Below the pieces are notes generated by a model. The model did no database searches. It was not told the DNA's origin and saw only the letters and a program-made list of their open reading frames with translations. Source: Bdellovibrionota bacterium (GTDB taxonomy: Bacteria; Bdellovibrionota; Bdellovibrionia; Bdellovibrionales; JAEYZS01). From it: 47,273 nt of DNA. A program made the position numbers and the translations under genes. Shown here one piece after another: positions 1-9,376 of the stretch; positions within the stretch are counted from its first letter, which is position 1; each line of letters begins with the position of its first letter. The DNA is taken from assembly GCA_963169515.1 (NCBI GenBank), contig CAUJEF010000003.1:1-47273 (forward strand), written 5' to 3'.

Positions 1-720
1 CCAAAATCTATGATGCTAAGATTTCATTCGCAAACGGCTGGATCAACGCTCACGGCGCAACAGCCCGACAACAACATCGCCCGCGTCACAATGCAGGCCT
101 TGGCCGCAGTTCTTGGCGGAACGCAAAGCCTGCACACAAACTCGATGGACGAGGCCCTCGGCCTGCCAACAGAGTCCGCAGCAACAATTGCTCTTCGCAC
201 ACAACAAATTATCGCACACGAAAGTCACGTCCCATGGACCGCCGACCCCCTGGGCGGCGCCCCATACATTGAGTCCCTCACGGCCGAGCTAAAACAAAAA
301 GCTCTCCAATACCTTAAACGCATTGAAGATCTTGGCGGCGCACTTAAATGCATCGAAGCCGGCTGGGTACAAAAGGAAATACAAGACGCGGCTTATCGTT
401 TCCAAAAGGCTCTTGAGGCAAAAGAGGAGCTTGTTGTTGGGGTTAACCAATTTGTCGGCTCAAACGAAGACGAACCTGAAGTTTTAAAAGTAAACAGGGC
501 CGTTCAGGCGAGCCAGATTCGTCGTCTCAAAAAGTTTAAAAAAAATAGGAACAAAAAGGTTGTCGCCTCAAAAATTGAGGCCCTTACTTCTGCCGCAGAG
601 CTAAAAAAGAATCTTATGCCATACATTCTTGAATCCGTGGAAAACAAAGTCACCCTTGGGGAAATTTCCGACTCTCTGAGAAAAGTTTATGGCCTTTATA
701 AAGAAAACATTACTCTGTAA
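1..720 (+). CDS. Methylmalonyl-CoA mutase-family large (catalytic) subunit, 3' portion; the 5' end lies outside the window
   Basis: Frame 1 is open from base 1 (track ORF 10..720). The translation QTAGSTLTAQQPDNNIARVTMQALAAVLGGTQSLHTNSMDEALGLPTE...IIAHESHV matches the conserved distal part of the acyl-CoA mutase substrate barrel. The ORF stops at 718-720 with no cobalamin-binding domain following. Confidence 0.8.
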   Translation, partial: PKSMMLRFHSQTAGSTLTAQQPDNNIARVTMQALAAVLGGTQSLHTNSMDEALGLPTESAATIALRTQQIIAHESHVPWTADPLGGAPYIESLTAELKQKALQYLKRIEDLGGALKCIEAGWVQKEIQDAAYRFQKALEAKEELVVGVNQFVGSNEDEPEVLKVNRAVQASQIRRLKKFKKNRNKKVVASKIEALTSAAELKKNLMPYILESVENKVTLGEISDSLRKVYGLYKENITL

Positions 721-2000
721 GAGTCATCGGGCCTTGGCGTAGGGTTGAGACGCACCAAAAAATCACTTAGCGTTTTCGAAAATCGGGCCAAATTTCCGCT
801 TTCTAGATTTAGCAACTCCCCAGGGTAGGACTCTCTCCATGCTTGCGCGAAAAACTTTTGAACATCTTCATGTAAAATTTTTCGTGGCTGTCGCAACAAA
901 TGATTAATTTTTTCATTAAGATCGACGTAGCTTGTGGCGCTTTCCACGATGGCCGAATTTGTATAAAAAGAATTTCCCGCGCAGATCACTTGCTTTCTGA
1001 GCGCAATGGCTTCTGCGCCCACCTTTGAGTTGATCGTGACAACCAGGGCTGCCTTGCGAATAATATCGTACACGTTCGCGCTCGGGTGAAGCAGGCGAAA
1101 GTTTAGATTTTCTCTTTTCAATCCGTCGATTGTTTCTTTGGAAAGAGCGCCAATGGCGCACGGATGTTCCGTGGCGTATAGAAGATAGTCGGGGGGCAAA
1201 AACTTACAAATCCGATTAACAAGATCCACTTGGTCTTTGTGCTTTATGCTTCTCAGCAAAAGAGCCTGGTCATCGGGGCTTTGGAACGGAAAAAAAACAT
1301 ACTTTTTTGTTTGTTTTTTTTCTTCAAAAAACAAACTGTTTTTGTAATTGTCCCTTTTGTTTTTCCACGCGCCGAATGTTTGCCTCATCTTTTCAAAAAC
1401 ATCTTCCTCTTCGCTCTGCTTTTTCAATGCGTATCGAAAGACCGCCTTCTTGAAAAGGTCCCACATAATTTTGCTTATACGATCGCTGTCTGGCCTGCCC
1501 CATCCAGAGCAAGCAATGACTTCCTTTTTTTCGATCATTTTTACAAGATAGTCACTCGCCTCTTTTAATGGCATCGTTTGTTCATTAACAACGACGCCCT
1601 TTGTGTTTATTGTATTTATTAGAAAGTTTGTTCTGCCGCGAAAAAATGCCCTCTCAAAGTAAATATGATTTAACTTTTCTTTGCGGACGCTATTGTATAG
1701 GGCGCGTCCTGCCGTCGAACTCCGTAGTTCTTGAAAGAAAATTGGTGTCAGATATCCAAATTCCGTTTTAATTTTAGAAACAATGATCTCTGTCTTCATT
1801 TCGTATAGGTCAAAAACCTTAAACCCAGATCTTAAAATTCTATTGTTTTCCGATTGAATAAACGAAACAAAACAACAGTGGAAATCTTTTTCCATGAGCA
1901 TCTTTGCGATATGCAGATAAAAATCGACATCTCTTGATGTTGCAACTGTAAAGACTAACAGTTGTGATGGTAAATATATTCTTGTGTTATCGTGCCCCAC
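696..2000 (-). CDS. Capsule polysaccharide biosynthesis family protein (KpsS/KpsC-like, Capsule_synth type glycosyltransferase)
   Basis: 434-aa ORF. The segments YVFFPFQSPDDQALLLRS, LLYATEHPCAIG and AALVVTINSKVGAEAIALRKQVICAGNSFY resemble the conserved core of the Capsule_synth (PF05159) family. Assigned by eye only. Confidence 0.5.
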   Translation of the reverse strand: MGHDNTRIYLPSQLLVFTVATSRDVDFYLHIAKMLMEKDFHCCFVSFIQSENNRILRSGFKVFDLYEMKTEIIVSKIKTEFGYLTPIFFQELRSSTAGRALYNSVRKEKLNHIYFERAFFRGRTNFLINTINTKGVVVNEQTMPLKEASDYLVKMIEKKEVIACSGWGRPDSDRISKIMWDLFKKAVFRYALKKQSEEEDVFEKMRQTFGAWKNKRDNYKNSLFFEEKKQTKKYVFFPFQSPDDQALLLRSIKHKDQVDLVNRICKFLPPDYLLYATEHPCAIGALSKETIDGLKRENLNFRLLHPSANVYDIIRKAALVVTINSKVGAEAIALRKQVICAGNSFYTNSAIVESATSYVDLNEKINHLLRQPRKILHEDVQKFFAQAWRESYPGELLNLESGNLARFSKTLSDFLVRLNPTPRPDDSYRVMFSL

Positions 2001-2138
2001 GCGCCCCCAACCAACGTCTTGATTTTACCTACCCCATTGGCCCTCAGTCAAGATTCGCATGGACGCTCTGTACGGTTATAAAAAAGAGGCCATAATGAGA
2101 TACGGGCTCCGTTTCAAATCCGCCTAGGGGAAAAGCAT

Positions 2139-2984
2139 ATGAGATACACATTTTTAACCTTTTCTTTTTTTCTTTTTTTAGCAACACCGGTAATAGCGAA
2201 AAACAACTCCTCACCCTTGCAAAACAAAATAGTTTCGGGCTTTTTCGCAAAGCGCCCACACGTACCCGACTCCCAAGTCCTTCAGCTTCTGCAGGTGGCA
2301 AACAAAAAAACCATCCAGTCCGAAGCCGCGAGGCTGACCGTTTGGAACATCTATAAAGGAAAGATCGATGGCCTTGCTGGCGATCTTTTTAATTTTGTGG
2401 TCTCTTCAGATGTCGTTATGATTCAAGAATGGATTCAAACCTCCAACCTCGTAAATCTAGCCAAAACTTTTCAAAATACAAATGCCACAATGGCCGCTGG
2501 GTTTTGGAACAAAGACGATTTCATGACGGGCGTGATGACCGCCGCTAAATCTGACCCGACATACACGGAATGGATACGAAGCCAGTATTTTGAGCCCCTT
2601 ATCAAAACGCCCAAAATGGCGCTTCTAACTGAGTACTATTTTGAAAAATTGAACAAGCACATTCTCTTTATAAATATTCATGGATTAAACCGCACAAGCA
2701 CAAAAAAATTCGCTCGTCAAATGGAGCAAATTGAAGAACGAATAAAAGACTACAAGAATCCTATCGTTTTTGGCGGTGACTTTAATACTCGAAACAAAAG
2801 TCGAACAAAATATCTCAAAGACTGGGCGGCCCGAAATAACTTTAAATTGATCCAATTCTCAAATGATCCGCGAAAAAAAATTTTAGATTATATTATGACT
2901 CGTGATTTAACTGTAACGTCTGCAACGCTGTACCCATCGATAGTTACATCCGACCACACGGCTATGGGTATCGAATTTTATTAA
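2139..2984 (+). CDS. Secreted endonuclease/exonuclease/phosphatase (EEP) family protein
   Basis: N-terminal signal peptide MRYTFLTFSFFLFLATPVIA. EEP-type motifs are present: INIHGLN, a GGDFNT metal/catalytic motif, and a C-terminal SDHTAM histidine motif. Confidence 0.7.
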   Translation: MRYTFLTFSFFLFLATPVIAKNNSSPLQNKIVSGFFAKRPHVPDSQVLQLLQVANKKTIQSEAARLTVWNIYKGKIDGLAGDLFNFVVSSDVVMIQEWIQTSNLVNLAKTFQNTNATMAAGFWNKDDFMTGVMTAAKSDPTYTEWIRSQYFEPLIKTPKMALLTEYYFEKLNKHILFINIHGLNRTSTKKFARQMEQIEERIKDYKNPIVFGGDFNTRNKSRTKYLKDWAARNNFKLIQFSNDPRKKILDYIMTRDLTVTSATLYPSIVTSDHTAMGIEFY

Positions 2985-3700
2985 GGTCCTGGCTTAGAAA
3001 TTCGTGCGATTATGAACAAAGAAAGTTCATATAAGATACCCATCGGAAGCAACATCAGGGTCATACTTAAAACATCCGGGGGAGTAATTACTGCTGCAAG
3101 AATAGCAAGAACAACATAGGCGTATCGTCGCTTTTCTTTTAAAAATTGCGCATCTATAATGCCCATAAGAGCAAGAATAACAAGAACCAGCGGAAGCTCA
3201 AATGCCAAACCAAAAACAAAAGATGAAAATAAAAAGAAATCCATGTATTGATCAATCGTAATCAGAGGCTGATCTACGGTTCCGCCAAACTTCATTAAAA
3301 AATCAAAGGCCAGCGGATAAACTACATAGTAAGCAAACATTGCTCCACTTAAAAACAGGAATGTTCCAGACAAAATAAAAATCAATGCGTATTTTTTTTC
3401 TTTAAGGTAAAGGCCTGGCTCTAAAAACTTCCACGCTTGATAGAGCCAAAACGGACACGTTACAATCACTGCCGCAATCGCCGAGACCTTGATGTGTGCC
3501 AAAAACTTATCCATAACTCCTGTAAAGACTAATCCTTGAGTCGGCAAATAGGGCTGGATCGGCGTTCGAATATAGTTGAAAATTTGTTCGCTAAAGTAGT
3601 AGCAGGCGCCAAAGGCCAGAATAAATCCATAAAGAGAAAAAATAATTCTTTTTCTCAGCTCAGAAAGATGTTCTGTTATCGGCTGACCAGTATCATCCAT
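2981..3700 (-). CDS. tatC: Twin-arginine translocase subunit TatC
   Basis: Polytopic membrane ORF with the TatC N-terminal signature (ITEHLSELRKRII). The track ORF runs to 3742, but the ATG at 3698-3700 (MDDTGQP...) gives a typical TatC start and an 8-nt overlap with the tatA stop. Confidence 0.9.
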   Translation of the reverse strand: MDDTGQPITEHLSELRKRIIFSLYGFILAFGACYYFSEQIFNYIRTPIQPYLPTQGLVFTGVMDKFLAHIKVSAIAAVIVTCPFWLYQAWKFLEPGLYLKEKKYALIFILSGTFLFLSGAMFAYYVVYPLAFDFLMKFGGTVDQPLITIDQYMDFFLFSSFVFGLAFELPLVLVILALMGIIDAQFLKEKRRYAYVVLAILAAVITPPDVLSMTLMLLPMGILYELSLFIIARISKPGP

Positions 3701-3971
3701 TATTATTTTCTCCAGATTCTTCTGCGCCGCCATCTGGATCATCTTTTTTTTCGTCTAACACTTTTTGCACACGCGAAGTTAAATCTGATTTGATTTTTTC
3801 AACACTTTCTGAGGGAAGTGTAATCTGTTTTTGGAGCTCATTAGAAGCGCGCTTAATGTCGCGAATGAAATTCCCTAGGACCCGGGCCACCTCAGGTATT
3901 TGTTTAGGGCCGATAAATACAAGCGCAATTACGCCAATGAGAACGAGTTCGCCAAAGCCGATGTTAAACAT
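3693..3971 (-). CDS. tatA: Twin-arginine translocase TatA/TatB-family subunit
   Basis: 92 aa. MFNIGFGELVLIGVIALVFIGPKQIPE is the canonical TatA/B TM helix plus hinge (FG..EL...GP+.lP), followed by an amphipathic helix and an acidic tail. Confidence 0.85.
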   Translation of the reverse strand: MFNIGFGELVLIGVIALVFIGPKQIPEVARVLGNFIRDIKRASNELQKQITLPSESVEKIKSDLTSRVQKVLDEKKDDPDGGAEESGENNNG

Positions 3972-4010
3972 AAAAGAAGTCTAATAAATCACAGTCCTTA
4001 GGGCAATTGT

Positions 4011-4829
4011 TTATCTAAAGGCTTTTGCTCGCATCCAAGTGTCAAAGAGAACAGAGTTTCTATCGCTCGTATGTCTATCCATTTCTTGTCTGACTTGTTT
4101 TGCAAGCTCTGGCGAGATTTTTTTTGCTGCAATGAGCTGTGGCGAAGCGCTTAGTAAAAGTTCAGAAAAGTACCGAAAAAAGGCCTTCCGCTCTTTTTCA
4201 TCCCTTGAATCTACCAAAACAATCCTCGGGTCCGTGGTGATATTCTTAAACCCGGCTGCTTTTAGCAGATTTCCAAGTTTCGTTCCGATAAATGGATGAT
4301 GCCCATTAATCCATTGAAAGTCGTTAAACTCATACCAATACTTTAAAACTGCGGGGCTGTATGGGTCCACAAAGTAAGATGAGTTTTGAACCTCTGTACA
4401 ATAAATCACCGCTCTTGATTTTAGAACTTTCTTTACCTCTTTGAGAACTTTTAGAGGATCGGGAACATGTTCAAGAAACCAACAAAGAAACGCGCCATCG
4501 AACTTTCCGTTCAATTTCCCGAGCTTCTGGGCATCCATTTGAATCAGCTCAACACGTCCTTTTTTAATGTCTTTTGCAAGCCGCCGCTTCGCCACCTCAA
4601 TTTGTTCATGGGAAAAATCAATGGCTGTAATTTTCAAATGCTTAAATCGCTTTAACAAAATCGCTGTTTGAGCGCCAACACCACATCCAACCTCAAGAAT
4701 GTGCTTTGCCCCGGAGAAGTCGATCCCTTGGTAAACCCTGTCTTCCAAAAACCGCGCTTGCTTCAAGAGGCGCCGTTGCTCCAGCCTTGAAAATCCATGC
4801 AGATAAGTACCACGTCGTTTTTTTTTCAT
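4011..4829 (-). CDS. Class I SAM-dependent methyltransferase
   Basis: 272 aa. SAM-binding motif I is ILEVGCGVGAQT, followed by an acidic loop (ITAIDFS) and the motif DGAFLCWFLEHV, typical of Methyltransf_11/25-type enzymes. Confidence 0.8.
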   Translation of the reverse strand: MKKKRRGTYLHGFSRLEQRRLLKQARFLEDRVYQGIDFSGAKHILEVGCGVGAQTAILLKRFKHLKITAIDFSHEQIEVAKRRLAKDIKKGRVELIQMDAQKLGKLNGKFDGAFLCWFLEHVPDPLKVLKEVKKVLKSRAVIYCTEVQNSSYFVDPYSPAVLKYWYEFNDFQWINGHHPFIGTKLGNLLKAAGFKNITTDPRIVLVDSRDEKERKAFFRYFSELLLSASPQLIAAKKISPELAKQVRQEMDRHTSDRNSVLFDTWMRAKAFR

Positions 4830-4838
4830 ATTAAAATT

Positions 4839-5438
4839 TTATTGCTGTGAATTTTTCTTGTTTTTATCGAACGGAACCGAGATCACGCCCTTTTCTAACA
4901 AGGTTTCTCGCGCCAACTCTGAGCCCGTTTTTAAATATCTACTGTATAATCTCAAAATACTTTCGTTATTATGAGTAAAAACTTTTTGGCTAATTACATT
5001 GAGTACATCTACAAACTCTTGAAATCGCGATGAATACTCTTTGAATATCATTCGGCTCGCATTTTTTTGAACCGTCTCCGCAAGGTTGCCATAGGCTGTC
5101 CCGCCCATTTCTGCATAATAATCCACATCCACCAATTTTCGATCAAGAGAATCTGCAAACAGTCCGCTTACATAAAGAGACACGTCCCCCAGTTTTTTCA
5201 ACAACTCTACCCTTTTGCTTACGTCTTGTTCGTTTTGTGCTTGAAGGAACAGCTCCGCAAGGGTTGGATTTTCCATGTTTTCAACCACAACAAATTGATT
5301 TAACAGTTGAACAAGGTAATATTCTGCAAGGGGAAACGTCCTCATTTTTCTCTGCTGAAAGGCCTCTTCAACCACATTTTTAAAGTAACCTTCGGCATTT
5401 ATAAATATTGCTGGCGATTTCACCGTCTTGTCCCCCAC
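4839..5438 (-). CDS. Hypothetical cytoplasmic protein, predicted mostly helical; first gene of the methyltransferase-tatAC string
   Basis: 199-aa ORF, 9 nt upstream of the methyltransferase on the same strand. No signal peptide or TM segment, and no motif I recognise. Confidence 0.5.
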   Translation of the reverse strand: MGDKTVKSPAIFINAEGYFKNVVEEAFQQRKMRTFPLAEYYLVQLLNQFVVVENMENPTLAELFLQAQNEQDVSKRVELLKKLGDVSLYVSGLFADSLDRKLVDVDYYAEMGGTAYGNLAETVQKNASRMIFKEYSSRFQEFVDVLNVISQKVFTHNNESILRLYSRYLKTGSELARETLLEKGVISVPFDKNKKNSQQ

Positions 5439-5553
5439 TATACCTTATATCGGCCCCCCCTAATCGTAAGTATAGCAACCTGTGTATTTTTTGAGGTAAA
5501 TTTTCTAAAAAAACATGCCCTTTGTCGGGACCTTTGCCTCAAAATGAAACAAC

Positions 5554-8151
5554 CTAGAATGGGTTTTTAGACCCTACTATGCAAGTCACCGAGTTTTGTG
5601 TGAAAAGGTCTTCAGACAGTTTTTGTATGTCGTCACTTGTAACCGCGTTTATATGTTCTGCAAACCTATACACATCGTCCCCCTCTAAGCCATAAACTTC
5701 GTTAAACAAAATGGCCGAGGCAATCGCGGACGTCCTCTGCAGGCCAATATCATGCCGCCCAATGAGATATTTTTTTGCCCTTTCCAGCTCTAGATCCGAA
5801 ACGCGCTTTTGTACCAGGCTATCAAATTCGTTCTTTATCATATCAATTGCTGTTTTTGTTTTTTCTGGCGAACATCCAATATAAATCCCGAAGCACCCTG
5901 TTTCTAACCCATCCATTCTAATGGGCGCCACTGAGTATGCAAGCGAGGCCTTCTCCCTTAGGTTGTAAAATAAGCGCCCCCCCTGACCAGACAATACAGA
6001 CTGCAGGACTTGTAAACAAAATCGTCTTGGGCTTAATAAATCAATCCCTCTATATCCATGTATTATATGACTCTGTTCTTTTTGAGATGATTGAAAGGTA
6101 ACAAGATCTTGACCAAGATTTTCTGGCTTTATTGACTGCTCAAACCGTTTTCCTGTTTTCAATGCCCCGGTCACCTCTGCAAAAACAGTATCCCAAATTT
6201 CTGTATCGGCGCCCCCCGCCACAACCGCTGTCATATTCGCCGCAACTCTATATTTTCCCATGTACTCAAGAATATGGGATCGCGAGATATTCTCAACGGT
6301 CTCTTTTGTACCGCTCGGGTTGTACGCATAGGGATGCCCTGAAAATATTTTTTCTAAAAACTCATAATATACCCTCTGTGATGGACGATCGACTTGGCTT
6401 CGAATGTTTTCTTGCTGAATAGCTCTTTCTCTTTCAAGGATTTCTGGGTCAAAATAATCTGTCGCTATCACTTCACTAATAATTTTTGCAAGATCTTGCT
6501 CAAATTCCTTCAGCATATCAAAATTAATGCCAAAAGAGTTCCGCCCTGAGAATGGATGAATGTGAGCGGCCCTGGATTCAAAAAAATTTATAATTTCCTT
6601 TTCGCTTCTTTTGCCCGTCCCCGATGCCCATGCCGCGGCCATGAGCTCTCCAAGACCAAACACTTCTTTTGTTTCTCCTCGAAGTCCTCCTAAAAAAGCA
6701 ATTTGAACACTGACAACAGGCGTGTCTGACGTTTTATAAACAGTTTTGGCCCCTTTGTCAGAAATCTTTTTTGTGTGTAAACTTTGGGCCAATATCGTTT
6801 TCTTTTTTTTATTTTTTGTCTTCAACGCTTTCTTTGGAGCATGAATGTCTACGGCCCCCACAAAATCATTGGCAAGCTCAAAAGAATGAACCCACTCTTG
6901 AACTCTCTCTCTTATCGATAAATTTTTCTTTGGAACTAGGGCTGTCACGGATAGGTTTGTCGCTCCCAGTATGTCCCGTGCGGCACGGCTGACCTTTTCT
7001 GCCGTTACCTTCTTAATGCGATTCAAATAAATCTTGAAATATTCGGGGTTTTTAAAAAGGCGCTCATAGCGGCCGATTCTGTTGGCTAGATTTTCGACTG
7101 ATTGAAACCCATAGACCTCGGCCCCCTCAATATTTACAATCGCATTTTGGATTTCGCTTGGCTCCGGCGCGACCGCTTTAATGTTAGTAATTACGTCCCC
7201 AATCTCATTTAAAAACTCCTCTGCATTTTCCGCGTTCAGCGTGGCCGAGATTGAAAAAAAGCCTGGATCTACAGAATGAAATGCATACGCCCCTATCGAC
7301 GTTACTATTGGTCTTTCGAGCCGTAATTTTTGCACAAGGCGCGAACCCTCTCCTCCGCCGAGCACAATGGAAAGCAGGTCCACCTCCGGCAAATTCCTTT
7401 CGTATTTCTTCGGAATACGCCAACCGAAGTTAAAATAGACCTCGTTGAACGACCCTTCTTGAACTTCTATTTTTGCCTCTCTTTGCGCGGGTTCGCTTGG
7501 GCGGCTGACCTTTTTAATTTTCCCAGAAACTTTTTCAAAATTTTCTTTGATCAAAAGAAACATTTCGTCGGCATTAAAATCACCGGCGGCAACGACAAAC
7601 ACATTTTCTGGAGAATAACGCGAATGAAACAAGTCTACGATTTTTTCACGCGACGTGTTCTCTATGACTTTGGGATACCCGATCACAGGGCGCCCATAAG
7701 GATGCTCCCGATAAATCGTCGAAAACAATAGGTTCCCCGAAACGCGGGAGGGGCTATCCTTTGACCTCTTAATTTCCTCTAAAACTACGCCGCGCTCGCT
7801 GTCAATTTCGTCCTTGTCAAACTTGGGTGCCCCCAACATTTCCCCTAACGCTTCCGCGGCGAAAGCTGCATATTTGCTAGAAATTGTAATGTAATAAACT
7901 GTTTGATCAAACGAAGTATAGGCATTAATTTCGCCACCAGAGCCTTCTATTTTTTGAGCTATTTCAGCCGTTGCAAATTTGGCCGTCCCTTTAAACAGCA
8001 GGTGTTCAATGAAGTGAGAAAGCCCCTCTTGCCCTTTGGCTTCATCCGCGCTTCCGGTTTTAACCCATACTTGAATTGAAACCACCGGAGAGCGGCGACT
8101 CTCTTGTAAAAGCACCTTAATTTTATTTCTTAATTGATATTTTTTAATCAT
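5554..8151 (-). CDS. Fused two-unit M16 (pitrilysin) family zinc peptidase
   Basis: 865 aa. The inverted zinc motif HFIEHLLFKG (HxxEH) lies in the N-terminal unit. The second M16-like half (residues ~450-865) has no HxxEH. No signal peptide. Confidence 0.85.
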   Translation of the reverse strand: MIKKYQLRNKIKVLLQESRRSPVVSIQVWVKTGSADEAKGQEGLSHFIEHLLFKGTAKFATAEIAQKIEGSGGEINAYTSFDQTVYYITISSKYAAFAAEALGEMLGAPKFDKDEIDSERGVVLEEIKRSKDSPSRVSGNLLFSTIYREHPYGRPVIGYPKVIENTSREKIVDLFHSRYSPENVFVVAAGDFNADEMFLLIKENFEKVSGKIKKVSRPSEPAQREAKIEVQEGSFNEVYFNFGWRIPKKYERNLPEVDLLSIVLGGGEGSRLVQKLRLERPIVTSIGAYAFHSVDPGFFSISATLNAENAEEFLNEIGDVITNIKAVAPEPSEIQNAIVNIEGAEVYGFQSVENLANRIGRYERLFKNPEYFKIYLNRIKKVTAEKVSRAARDILGATNLSVTALVPKKNLSIRERVQEWVHSFELANDFVGAVDIHAPKKALKTKNKKKKTILAQSLHTKKISDKGAKTVYKTSDTPVVSVQIAFLGGLRGETKEVFGLGELMAAAWASGTGKRSEKEIINFFESRAAHIHPFSGRNSFGINFDMLKEFEQDLAKIISEVIATDYFDPEILERERAIQQENIRSQVDRPSQRVYYEFLEKIFSGHPYAYNPSGTKETVENISRSHILEYMGKYRVAANMTAVVAGGADTEIWDTVFAEVTGALKTGKRFEQSIKPENLGQDLVTFQSSQKEQSHIIHGYRGIDLLSPRRFCLQVLQSVLSGQGGRLFYNLREKASLAYSVAPIRMDGLETGCFGIYIGCSPEKTKTAIDMIKNEFDSLVQKRVSDLELERAKKYLIGRHDIGLQRTSAIASAILFNEVYGLEGDDVYRFAEHINAVTSDDIQKLSEDLFTQNSVTCIVGSKNPF

Positions 8152-8168
8152 TTCGATAGTCCTGGCCT

Positions 8169-9350
8169 ATGTCTTTTGGTATCTATATCCACATTCCATA
8201 TTGTATCCAACGATGCCCGTATTGCGATTTTGCAACCTACGAGCAAAGCCAAATTCCCCCTGCGGACAAGTATGTAAAACTACTCCAAAAAGAAATCCGA
8301 CAAAACATCCACAATATTCCCGGCCAAAAAATCGATACCATTTTTTTGGGCGGGGGAACGCCGAGCCTCTTGGAAGCCTCTTCCATTCTAACAATTTTTG
8401 ATACCCTATGGGAACAGGGATTTCGCCTAAATGACGGCTGTGAAGTGACTATCGAAATTAATCCTGCTACAATTTCTCTCAAGAAAATCAAAGACTACCT
8501 GCATATAGGCATAAATCGCTTCAGCGTAGGCTCTCAAACATTTAATGACCGCCTCTTAAAGAAAATAGGTCGAAAACATAACCTTAATGACACCTTAGAA
8601 ACGCTGGACATATTGGCGGCATCGCAAGTTCAATACTCGCTAGACCTTCTGTTTGCCTTACCGGATCAAACCATTGACGACTTAAAATATGACCTTGACG
8701 TAATTTCAAACTATCGCCCTCCTCACGTCAGCTGTTACTGCCTAACTGTTTCAGAATCAAGCCCGCTTAATGTGGGGCGCCCACCTGAAGAGGGCCAAAT
8801 CCTCATGTTCGACCAAATTGAGCGCAGGCTCGTTTCTGAAGGATACTCAAGATATGAAATTTCTAATTATTGTCTTCCCGGAAAGGAATCTCGGCACAAC
8901 ATGCTTTACTGGACGGACCAAGAATACTGGGGCGTCGGGCTTAGTGCACATTCTTATATTAAAAACTCGACCTGGGGGACTCGCTTTTGGAATCCAAGGG
9001 CCTACCGAGATTATGAATTACTTGTAGAAAATAAAACGGCCTTTCCGCTTGGAAATCGAGAGCCCTTACAGCTTCATGAATCGCTGACAGATTTTTGTCA
9101 TACCGCGCTTCGAATCTCTCGCGGCCTGTCTCGTTTCGCTTTGCAAAAAAAATATGGCTCTTTCCTTGCTAGCGAACTCTGTTCTCGCTTGAATCGCCTT
9201 GTGGACCTTGGCCTTCTTGATACTCACGAAGACCGCTATTTTTTAACCTCTCGCGGGCGCCTCGTTAGCAATCAAGTCTTCGCAAGCTTGACATTTTTAA
9301 AACAAGACCTAGCTTATATTTTGCCGGACAATCCCTCGGGCCCGTGTTAG
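8169..9350 (+). CDS. hemW: Radical SAM heme chaperone HemW / oxygen-independent coproporphyrinogen oxidase-like protein
   Basis: 393 aa. N-terminal YIHIPYCIQRCPYCDF (CxxxCxxC radical-SAM cluster), GGGTPS motif, and a HemN_C-like C-terminus. Confidence 0.85.
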   Translation: MSFGIYIHIPYCIQRCPYCDFATYEQSQIPPADKYVKLLQKEIRQNIHNIPGQKIDTIFLGGGTPSLLEASSILTIFDTLWEQGFRLNDGCEVTIEINPATISLKKIKDYLHIGINRFSVGSQTFNDRLLKKIGRKHNLNDTLETLDILAASQVQYSLDLLFALPDQTIDDLKYDLDVISNYRPPHVSCYCLTVSESSPLNVGRPPEEGQILMFDQIERRLVSEGYSRYEISNYCLPGKESRHNMLYWTDQEYWGVGLSAHSYIKNSTWGTRFWNPRAYRDYELLVENKTAFPLGNREPLQLHESLTDFCHTALRISRGLSRFALQKKYGSFLASELCSRLNRLVDLGLLDTHEDRYFLTSRGRLVSNQVFASLTFLKQDLAYILPDNPSGPC

Positions 9351-9376
9351 TCTTTGAATCAAAGGCAGGAGTTTTT

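Noticed and set aside
1290-1321. A8 and T8 homopolymer tracts within the capsule-family gene, considered as a phase-variation switch.
   Set aside because: The tracts are short for efficient slipped-strand mispairing, and similar A/T runs are common across this AT-rich window. The point is kept only as a minor note within the capsule-gene finding.
9300-9376. A search for heat-shock control elements upstream of grpE, of the DksA-like pair (12849-12979) and of lon (13764-13880). The elements sought were the CIRCE inverted repeat and a sigma-32 type CTTGAAA...CCCCATNT promoter. A possible sigma-70-like TTGACC (12881-12886) with GATACT (12904-12909) was seen upstream of the first DksA-like gene.
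   Set aside because: I could recognise no CIRCE or convincing sigma-32 consensus. The sigma-70-like match is plausible but too weak to annotate without transcription start data.
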